DNA from: Escherichia coli
GTDB taxonomy: Bacteria > Pseudomonadota > Gammaproteobacteria > Enterobacterales > Enterobacteriaceae
Length of the DNA: 7,140 bases
Assembly: GCF_003334335.1 (NCBI RefSeq)
Contig: NZ_QOWQ01000073.1
Reading direction: 5' to 3' (one strand)
The number at the start of each line of letters is the position of its first letter. Position 1 is the stretch's first letter. Below are positions 1 to 5,788 of the stretch, piece after piece. The notes under the pieces are model-generated. The model saw nothing but the letters and a program-made list of their open reading frames with translations, was not told the DNA's origin and ran no database searches. The position numbers and the translations under genes were made by a program.

Positions 1-32
<32 letters not shown>

Positions 33-775
33 CCATTTTTACTGTAAAACCGTGGCCAATATTACTTGACCACTACAAGTTAGCTGAGATGTTAAGCTGC
101 TGGCTGCATACACCTTGCCAAATCTAATCGCTGTTATCTTAACCAATTTCCAGGATACAAGGGGGCGATTACTGAGAATGCTCTCAGACTGTCACTCACC
201 AGATCGGATACGTTTACTGCTCAGGCGGATGCTTAATGCACTCTGTTCAGGTGCATTGCAGGTACGTTTTATGTACGCAGGTTATACGCCAGTTATCAGG
301 GATAACCCTGTGAGTACAACGCAATCTGTTGCTACTGGGTAGACTGGTCTGCTGATCACACTCACAGATTTATTTCACATATATGAACTCATGTGTTTGA
401 GCTCTCTTATATATTTATAATACCAATCAGACAGTCTTATCCCACCAGTGATACCTGTCGCCTGCCCACAGGTCACGGGCTGATGCACCACAACCGCCTT
501 CAAAAACAACTCTGCAATTATCAGAACGCCAGTTTTCCCCTTGTCTCACGAAAGTCCTCCCTCCTTTATCACGTGCGCGTGCGGAAGCATCGTTTCGCAA
601 CAATCACCCGACATACCGGTACGGCTCAGCCACCGCAATCCCCCCGTTTATCTCCTGACGGTTACATTCCCGATTATTTTTTACGTTTTTCCCCGGTTGT
701 TATGCCGGGGAAGGTGGTGCGTTGTTTTCATCACCAACGCCGGTTGAGATTAACAACATCCGGAGGAACATTTTC

Positions 776-982
776 ATGAATACCCCAGTTTCACTGATGG
801 ATGACCAGATGGTCGACATGTCGTTTATCACTCAGCTGACCGGCCTGACCGATAAATGGTTTTACAAGCTCATCAAGGATGGTGCCTTTCCTGCCCCCAT
901 CAAACTGGGCCGTAGCTCCCGATGGCTGAAAAGTGAAGTGGAAGCCTGGTTGCAGGCACGTATTACACAGTCCCGTCCGTAA
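776..982 (+). CDS. alpA: AlpA-family prophage/island transcriptional regulator (small HTH DNA-binding protein), 68 aa
   Basis: ORF in the 722..982 frame; I start it at the internal ATG 776 because GGAGG (762-766) sits 9 nt upstream. The translation MNTPVSLMDDQMVDMSFITQLTGLTDKWFYKLIKDGAFPAPIKLGRSSRWLKSEVEAWL has the AlpA-family pattern (HTH followed by G-R-x-x-RW-x-x-SEV/I-x-x-W) as I recall it. Size (~70 aa) fits. Confidence 0.85.
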   Translation: MNTPVSLMDDQMVDMSFITQLTGLTDKWFYKLIKDGAFPAPIKLGRSSRWLKSEVEAWLQARITQSRP

Positions 983-1067
983 TTCCTGACCGTTATCCGT
1001 TCAACCGCAGCAAAGGCATGATCCGGCCCCCGGAGGCATTTTGCTGCGCGCTAAAGGAGAGAATATT

Positions 1068-1640
1068 ATGCAAAAACTTGAAAACCGGTGTGAGCTGCTG
1101 CTCATCCAGCATCAGAAATGGATGACAAACGTGACGAGGCTTATCGTCGCTCATGGAATGGGGGCTCCGCATCTTCATGGTTATCACCGCCTGACCCTGG
1201 CCCACTTTTTTCTGCCAGAAAAAGGCACCATCATCTCAGTGGCACCACAGGGACTCTATCAGGTCGTCAACCCGGGAACACCACCGTTCATTCCTGCCAT
1301 TCAGGAAGGGTTAATGACCAGCATTCAGACCCATGAAATCATGCTGCTTACACATTTTAATCTGGGCGGCGTTTTACTCAGTGAGCTACATCGTCTGGGT
1401 GAAAACCGGCTGGCAAACAGGCTGAACAGCCTGCTCCGGCGTTTCAACGATCGTGATCTCTACCACACGCTGATATGGCTGTGCTGGTATGATCTGATGT
1501 GTGCTCACTCCATGCAGCCCTGGACTGAAGAGTTAAAGCATAAATCACATGCAGAGCTTGAAAACTGGGCTGTGGCGCGCAAACGGGAAAAGCGCGAGCT
1601 GGAACTGATGATTGACGAGTACCTGTTATACGCCTGTTGA
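1068..1640 (+). CDS. Hypothetical protein, 190 aa, function unknown (island-associated)
   Basis: Long ORF (track 1041..1640). I prefer ATG 1068 over the TTG at 1041 because AGGAGA (1054-1059) lies 8 nt upstream. Protein-like composition, no internal stops for 573 nt. I do not recognise the family from the sequence. Confidence 0.6.
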   Translation: MQKLENRCELLLIQHQKWMTNVTRLIVAHGMGAPHLHGYHRLTLAHFFLPEKGTIISVAPQGLYQVVNPGTPPFIPAIQEGLMTSIQTHEIMLLTHFNLGGVLLSELHRLGENRLANRLNSLLRRFNDRDLYHTLIWLCWYDLMCAHSMQPWTEELKHKSHAELENWAVARKREKRELELMIDEYLLYAC

Positions 1641-1679
1641 TTCATAACGCTCCCGGGCCTCCGCACACTTACTTTTCCT

Positions 1680-1711
1680 CCGTCACCCTCATGCAGAAGC
1701 GGGGGTGACGG
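1680..1711. other. GC-rich hairpin between convergent genes (9-bp stem CCGTCACCC / GGGTGACGG, 14-nt loop); no clear U-tract on either strand
   Basis: Inverted repeat read directly: 1680-1688 pairs with 1703-1711. It lies in the 120-bp gap between the stop of the + strand ORF (1640) and the stop of the - strand ORF (1761). No T-run follows on either strand, so it is not a canonical intrinsic terminator. Confidence 0.3.
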
Positions 1712-1760
1712 GCATACTGCGATACCACCACTGAATAATCCGTCTCAGCAACAGGGAACA

Positions 1761-3251
1761 TTATAAGCCAAAGGATTGCTCATGCCATCTTATCAGTTTC
1801 TGGCTGTAGCACGCATTCAGTTCAGGCAGCGTGATATTGTTTATTTCGGAAAGCAGGACATAGGTGGTTTTTCCTTCCTGCACGACAGAGAGCCTGAGTT
1901 GAGATGCAAGAATGTTCAGCAGGACGTTCAGCTTTTTCCTGTTCCGGAACCGGCCCGGGCCACACTGGAGAATATAATTTTTCCTGACACGGGGCGGGCA
2001 TTCTCCGCGGCACTCCTCAATGAGCCAGTCGAGCAGCTCCCGGGCGTCCTGCAGCTGCAGTTCAGATTCGTCAGGTAACGCAAATAATTTTTTATATTCA
2101 TCTGTGTACCACGAACTTATTACGACAGCAGACGTCATGATATCGGCAGAGATTTTCCCTTCACCCTGACTGAAATACTGCAATAACGCAGCAATTCTCG
2201 CAATGTTTTCTGTTTTTTTTGAAACATGCCCCCGAAACTGGCTTAAGGGTCCGGAAGGAGACAAATCCTGCTCCAGAACATTATAGTGATCAATAAATAT
2301 TTTTTGCGCTTCAGGAGAAAAATGCAGACAATAACGTTCATCCTTACTGGATTTTTCAATACTGCCTCTGGCCAGTTCCATTAATCGTTCATGAAATGCC
2401 GTTAATGATCCTCCCGGGGTCACAGCTCCGTTAATAAAGCGTTTCCCCTGCGTGGTGGCAGGTTTACTGATTAGACAACGGGCAAGAAAACCACTGTCCC
2501 TGGCAACAGAACCTTTTCGCTCCATATATCGGTCAAAAAGACCGGGTTGTACCATGAGGGATAATGTCATTCTAGCATTTTCAATCATCTGTTCGGGTTC
2601 ATTCTTTCTGTCCACCGACAATACGGAGCCATCCCACATTTTGTTAATAAAAGGCAGCTCAGACAGGGTATACCCATCAAATATTATACCGGCTTCATCA
2701 GACATGATACCCACTGAACGCCACTGACCACAAAGCTGATCTTTAATTGCTGCTGTCGTGGCATCATTAAAAATGAATTTATATCTTACAGGTTTTTCCC
2801 CTCTGTTTTTCTGAAGCGCTTCCAGTTGTCTGAGCGTTTCTGACTCATCCGCGCCTTTGCGGAGTTCTTTATTCAGTTTTGACAACAATGCTTTTTTCTG
2901 CGCCTTTAAAAGCTCTTCCTTATTTTTCCATATCGTCAGTTCATTTTTGTGTCTGGAATATAACAGCATCTCCTGCTGGTACAGGGGCTCCATTAATAAT
3001 TTGTCCACTGCGGTTTTTCGTTCTCCGGACTCAGCAAGCGTCAGTAAGAAAAGAGAAACCGGCCCCCGCAGTGTATTCAGTCTGCAGACATCAATCAGAT
3101 TCTGGCAGACAAGTGAAACAGCGCCCAGGGCAGATGCTGCCACAAGCCCCAGGGGAGCCTGCGTGATTTGCTGAGCTTCAATAACGGCATCACGAATGAG
3201 TGGAGGCAGCGAGCTCAGGGGAAACTCATCAGGATACTGAAAGTATGGCAT
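1761..3251 (-). CDS. YfjI-like DUF3987-domain protein (mobile-element associated, possibly replication-related), 496 aa
   Basis: Minus-strand ORF 1761..3269. I start it at the ATG at 3251 (MPYFQYPDEF...) because a GAGGT Shine-Dalgarno sits 5 nt upstream on the minus strand. The N-terminal region (FPLSSLPPLIRDAVIEAQQITQAPLGLVAASALGAVSLVCQNLIDV) resembles DUF3987/YfjI proteins as I recall them. The many short ORFs overlapping it are antisense or alternate-frame artefacts. Confidence 0.8.
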   Translation of the reverse strand: MPYFQYPDEFPLSSLPPLIRDAVIEAQQITQAPLGLVAASALGAVSLVCQNLIDVCRLNTLRGPVSLFLLTLAESGERKTAVDKLLMEPLYQQEMLLYSRHKNELTIWKNKEELLKAQKKALLSKLNKELRKGADESETLRQLEALQKNRGEKPVRYKFIFNDATTAAIKDQLCGQWRSVGIMSDEAGIIFDGYTLSELPFINKMWDGSVLSVDRKNEPEQMIENARMTLSLMVQPGLFDRYMERKGSVARDSGFLARCLISKPATTQGKRFINGAVTPGGSLTAFHERLMELARGSIEKSSKDERYCLHFSPEAQKIFIDHYNVLEQDLSPSGPLSQFRGHVSKKTENIARIAALLQYFSQGEGKISADIMTSAVVISSWYTDEYKKLFALPDESELQLQDARELLDWLIEECRGECPPRVRKNYILQCGPGRFRNRKKLNVLLNILASQLRLSVVQEGKTTYVLLSEINNITLPELNACYSQKLIRWHEQSFGL

Positions 3252-4084
3252 AATGACCTCACAACACACAGAACATAAAGTACCGCAACTATTGCTACTA
3301 ATAGCAAAAATAGCAGCAGAATCAATACAGGATAAAAATTTCTGTCGATTTTCAGATTAAATAATAACCATTCGGTATTTTGTCGCTAAAGAATGTTAGA
3401 ATGAATCTGTGCGTCTACGGGCGCTCTCCGGAACACACATGTTGATTAATTTTCACACAACAACGTACCAGCAAAAAGCATCATCCAGGGTATTGCAGGT
3501 ACGGGTTTCCTGCCGGGAATAAACATAAACAGTTTCCCCGGAGTAACGCTTTCAGAAAACTGCCCTCCTGAAGAAGAATAAAATAAAGAAGATGACAGTT
3601 CCTGCACTGAATGCTGAGTACAATATTCTATGGACAGGATGACATTTTTATAAATAACAAAAACCATTTAATACTGATACATCAATAAAATACTTCCTCC
3701 CTGCTGACACAGATAAAATGCAACATTTTTTCTTCAAATACTTCTGTATAATCGCCAGCCAATGATGAGAATGGATTAAAATAACACTTCTTCGACAAAC
3801 ACAAAAACCAGCCTTCATTTTCACATCATCATCCAGTTTTAATTAAACCCTGACGAGCGACAGTATTTCAGTTCAGGAATTAAAAGCCAGCTATTACTCA
3901 GTAAAAACACCACCAACTAATAATATCTCAGCAGATATTTCCTGACCAGGATGACACATTTATTAAAGATTTTTAACAGGACACTTCACATTACTGAACG
4001 CTATTCCGACAGTATCACTACACAAATAAAAAAGGGAACTGGATAAATATTCATGCCGGAAGAATGGTGTAACAAAAGCATTTA

Positions 4085-4221
4085 ATCATTACGTGCGTAT
4101 TCCTCTCTATTCGATCACGGTTTGGCCAAACCGTGATCGATTCAGATGCCATTTTGCAAGTACGCATGACCCGGAAGGGAAACACTTAACAACATGGTAT
4201 CAACAGATATCATTACGTGCG
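4085..4221. repeat. 13-bp perfect direct repeat ATCATTACGTGCG (4085-4097 and 4209-4221) bracketing the 30-bp palindrome
   Basis: Read directly. Both copies are identical over 13 bp with similar T/C-rich tails (TATTCCTCTCTAT vs CACTCTTAT). They are 124 bp apart. Confidence 0.85.
4111..4140. repeat. 30-bp perfect palindrome TCGATCACGGTTTGGCCAAACCGTGATCGA with two symmetric GATC sites (candidate operator or RNA hairpin)
   Basis: The sequence equals its own reverse complement over exactly 30 bp (checked base by base); it does not extend, since 4110 and 4141 are T and T. GATC at 4113-4116 and 4135-4138 are the only GATC sites in the 3270-4540 spacer. Confidence 0.9.
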
Positions 4222-4357
4222 CACTCTTATAAAAATACACAGCAGAAGCAAGATAACTCTAAACGTAAATTTAATATCTCCCACTGACTGCCCCGACAAT
4301 ATACTGAAAAATACTCACCTCAGTAAACATAAACACACCTGATAATCAGGCTGCAAG

Positions 4358-4441
4358 ATGAATATTTTTCTCCTTTACGGAGTAATCAGCCTGCTGTTTA
4401 ACAATAACCGCGTATTTTCATGGAAGGATATCACCCAATAA
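4358..4441 (+). CDS. Candidate small ORF, 27 aa (MNIFLLYGVISLLFNNNRVFSWKDITQ); possible leader peptide or small hydrophobic protein
   Basis: ATG at 4358 to TAA at 4439-4441, verified codon by codon. Hydrophobic N-terminal half. A weak AGG lies 7 nt upstream and a 13-bp palindrome CCTGATAATCAGG (4338-4350) sits just before the start. A terminator-like hairpin follows about 85 nt downstream. The ORF is too short for statistical support. Confidence 0.15.
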   Translation: MNIFLLYGVISLLFNNNRVFSWKDITQ

Positions 4442-4527
4442 CGGATAACTCCTGCCCTCCTTCATGTTAATACGCAACATCCCCATCGATTCCAAACAAT
4501 TTCAGACAGATATTATCTCCGTGAATC

Positions 4528-4566
4528 CCCCGCCACCTTTCCGGTGTGCGGGGTTTTGTCTTTTTT
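4528..4566 (+). terminator. Intrinsic (rho-independent) terminator-like hairpin plus U-tract, immediately upstream of the GTPase start codon
   Basis: GC-rich stem 4528-4537 (CCCCGCCACC) pairing with 4543-4553 (GGTGTGCGGGG) with one bulged T and a 5-nt loop TTTCC, followed by TTTTGTCTTTTTT (4554-4566). The GTPase ATG is at 4583. Confidence 0.6.
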
Positions 4567-4582
4567 CACCGGGAATACATGT

Positions 4583-5455
4583 ATGAATCCGTCTGATGCC
4601 ATTGAGGCAATTGAAAAACCACTTTCTTCCCTGCCTTACTCGCTTTCCCGTCACATCCTGGAACATCTGCGCAAACTCACCAGTCACGAACCCGTGATTG
4701 GCATTATGGGTAAAAGCGGGGCCGGTAAATCCTCACTCTGTAATGCACTGTTTCAGGGGGAGGTCACCCCGGTCAGTGATGTTCACGCCGGCACCCGGGA
4801 AGTGCGGCGCTTCCGTCTGAGTGGCCACGGTCACAGCATGGTTATCACTGACCTGCCCGGGGTGGGCGAGAGCCGGGACAGGGATGCAGAGTATGAAGCC
4901 CTGTACCGTGACATTCTGCCTGAACTGGACCTGGTGCTGTGGCTGATTAAAGCCGATGACCGGGCCCTGTCTGTGGATGAGTATTTCTGGCGACACATCC
5001 TGCAGTGCGGACATCAGCAGGTGCTGTTTGTGGTGACACAGGCCGACAAAACGGAGCCCTGCCATGAATGGGATATGGCCGGCATTCAGCCCTCTCCCGC
5101 ACAGGCACAGAACATTCGCGAAAAAACGGAGGCGGTATTCCGTCTGTTCCGGCCTGTACATCCGGTTGTGGCCGTATCGGCCCGCACCGGCTGGGAACTG
5201 GATACGCTGGTCAGTGCGCTCATGACAGCGCTTCCCGACCATGCCGCCAGTCCCCTGATGACCCGCCTGCAGGACGAGCTGCGCACGGAATCTGTCCGCG
5301 CTCAGGCCCGTGAGCAGTTTACCGGTGCGGTGGACCGGATATTTGACACAGCGGAGAGCGTCTGTGTTGCCTCTGTTGCACGCACGGTTCTGCGTGCCGT
5401 CCGTGACACAGTGGTCTCTGTTGCCCGCGCGGTATGGAACTGGATCTTCTTCTGA
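4583..5455 (+). CDS. yeeP: YeeP/YfjP/YkfA-family GTPase of cryptic prophages/islands (ribosome-binding GTPase-like), 290 aa, apparently intact
   Basis: ORF 4544..5455. Start set at ATG 4583 (MNPSDAIEAIEKPL...) with a weak GGGAA 7 nt upstream; GTG 4544 is an alternative. P-loop GKSGAGKSS (G1), DLPGVGE (G3, DxxG) and TQADK (G4-like) are present. Its position directly upstream of the Ag43 gene matches the yeeP-flu arrangement in E. coli K-12 as I recall it. Confidence 0.85.
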   Translation: MNPSDAIEAIEKPLSSLPYSLSRHILEHLRKLTSHEPVIGIMGKSGAGKSSLCNALFQGEVTPVSDVHAGTREVRRFRLSGHGHSMVITDLPGVGESRDRDAEYEALYRDILPELDLVLWLIKADDRALSVDEYFWRHILQCGHQQVLFVVTQADKTEPCHEWDMAGIQPSPAQAQNIREKTEAVFRLFRPVHPVVAVSARTGWELDTLVSALMTALPDHAASPLMTRLQDELRTESVRAQAREQFTGAVDRIFDTAESVCVASVARTVLRAVRDTVVSVARAVWNWIFF

Positions 5456-5526
5456 ACCTGTTGTGGATGATGTCCTCCTTGCCTCTGAGTCTGCTCACAA
5501 AAGCGCTGTTTTCGTTACTGTCTCTC

Positions 5527-5555
5527 TTGTCCGTGCAATAGCTTGATAATAGAAT
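5527..5555 (+). promoter_or_regulatory. Candidate sigma70 promoter for agn43/flu (-35 TTGTCC, 17-bp spacer, -10 TAGAAT)
   Basis: TTGTCC at 5527-5532 and TAGAAT at 5550-5555, separated by 17 bp. The predicted start site is about 5562, at the first GATC, which fits the known overlap of the promoter with the OxyR/Dam site. Not experimentally positioned here. Confidence 0.45.
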
Positions 5556-5560
5556 AAAAC

Positions 5561-5596
5561 GATCGATACCTATTTTATCGATCGTTAATATCGATC
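5561..5596. promoter_or_regulatory. Ag43 phase-variation switch: three clustered Dam GATC sites (5561-5564, 5580-5583, 5593-5596) within the presumed OxyR binding region
   Basis: Sequence CGATCGATACCTATTTTATCGATCGTTAATATCGATCGTT read directly, about 190-230 bp upstream of the Ag43 start codon. Three GATC sites inside the OxyR operator are the established hallmark of the agn43 Dam/OxyR epigenetic ON/OFF switch. Confidence 0.8.
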
Positions 5597-5760
5597 GTTA
5601 TGCTAATAATAACTCCTGTTAGCAACGTGCACAGATACACACAGACATGAGATTCAGGGAACAACAGAGCCACACGTCAGAAACTTCCGTCAGCCGGACC
5701 TCCGGCACTGTAACCCTTTACCTGCCGGTATCCACATCTGTGGATACCGGCTTTTTTATT
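5562..5760 (+). ncRNA. isrC: agn43 5' leader / IsrC-like small RNA (promoter-proximal transcript ending at the leader terminator)
   Basis: Inferred: a transcript starting near 5562 from the candidate promoter would end at the strong terminator at 5724-5760, giving a product of about 200 nt. In E. coli K-12 the sRNA IsrC is annotated between yeeP and flu, as I recall. The ends are not determined from sequence. Confidence 0.4.
5724..5760 (+). terminator. Intrinsic terminator in the agn43 leader (12-bp perfect stem, 4-nt loop, T-run)
   Basis: GCCGGTATCCAC (5724-5735) pairs perfectly with GTGGATACCGGC (5740-5751), loop ATCT, followed by TTTTTTATT (5752-5760). It lies 29 nt upstream of the Ag43 ATG. 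Confidence 0.75.
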
Positions 5761-5788
5761 CACCCTCACTCTGATTAAGGAAATGCTG

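Larger units (their letters stand above)
3270..4540. other. ~1.3-kb AT-rich divergent intergenic spacer without convincing ORFs (candidate H-NS-bound regulatory / non-coding RNA region)
   Basis: No ORF of 100 aa or more on either strand. The only track ORFs (3446..3667 -, 4093..4287 +) lack an RBS and have odd composition. AT content is visibly higher than in the flanking genes. It lies between the divergently oriented DUF3987 gene and the GTPase gene. Confidence 0.7.

Noticed and set aside
722-775. Upstream extension of the alpA ORF (MFSSPTPVEINNIRRNIF...)
   Set aside because: The internal ATG at 776 has a GGAGG Shine-Dalgarno at the right spacing and gives a protein of typical AlpA length; the extension would place that RBS inside the coding sequence.
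115-779. ORFs 115..342, 393..779 and 541..747 upstream of alpA
   Set aside because: Non-ATG starts (TTG at 115, GTG at 393), no Shine-Dalgarno, and non-protein-like translations rich in Arg/Ser/Pro/His. The 393..779 ORF would overlap the alpA RBS and start. Treated as non-coding.
1041-1067. TTG start at 1041 for the 190-aa hypothetical protein
   Set aside because: An ATG at 1068 with AGGAGA 8 nt upstream is a better initiation context; the TTG would put the Shine-Dalgarno inside the coding sequence.
1776-3174. ORFs 1776..2078 (+), 1822..2013 (-), 2452..2727 (+), 2857..3174 (+), 2879..3166 (+), plus 993..1205 (-) and 1118..1336 (+) nearby
   Set aside because: Antisense or alternate-frame overlaps of the DUF3987 gene and the 190-aa gene, with no independent support.
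3635-3968. Imperfect direct repeat with a 10-bp perfect core CAGGATGACA (3635-3644 and 3947-3956) with similar A/T-rich tails
   Set aside because: A repeated 10-mer is close to chance expectation in about 1.3 kb of AT-biased sequence. Recorded but not treated as a feature.
3446-4287. ORFs 3446..3667 (-) and 4093..4287 (+, GTG start) in the AT-rich spacer
   Set aside because: No RBS, non-ATG or weak starts, and composition consistent with random AT-rich sequence. The 4093..4287 frame runs straight through the 30-bp palindrome, which is better explained as a regulatory or structural element.
4343-4394. Near-repeat TAATCAGGCTGC / TAATCAGCCTGC (4343-4354 and 4383-4394)
   Set aside because: Only two copies with a mismatch; the second lies inside the candidate small ORF. 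Too weak to call a repeat array, for example a type III antitoxin-like tandem repeat.
4544-4582. GTG start at 4544 for the GTPase (MCGVLSFFTGNTC...)
   Set aside because: It would begin inside the terminator stem and U-tract. ATG 4583 (MNPSDAIEAIEK...) fits the family N-terminus as I recall it. Kept as an alternative with lower probability.
5456-5526. Possible terminator after the GTPase stop (AAAAGCGCTGTTTT around 5500-5515)
   Set aside because: The stem is at most 3-4 bp, far weaker than the two clear terminators in the window. Not called.
4502-5546. Overlapping ORFs 4502..4687 (-), 4733..5242 (-), 5068..5313 (+), 5086..5286 (-) and 5310..5546 (+)
   Set aside because: All overlap the GTPase gene in antisense or alternate frames, lack an RBS and have Arg/Gly/His-rich composition.
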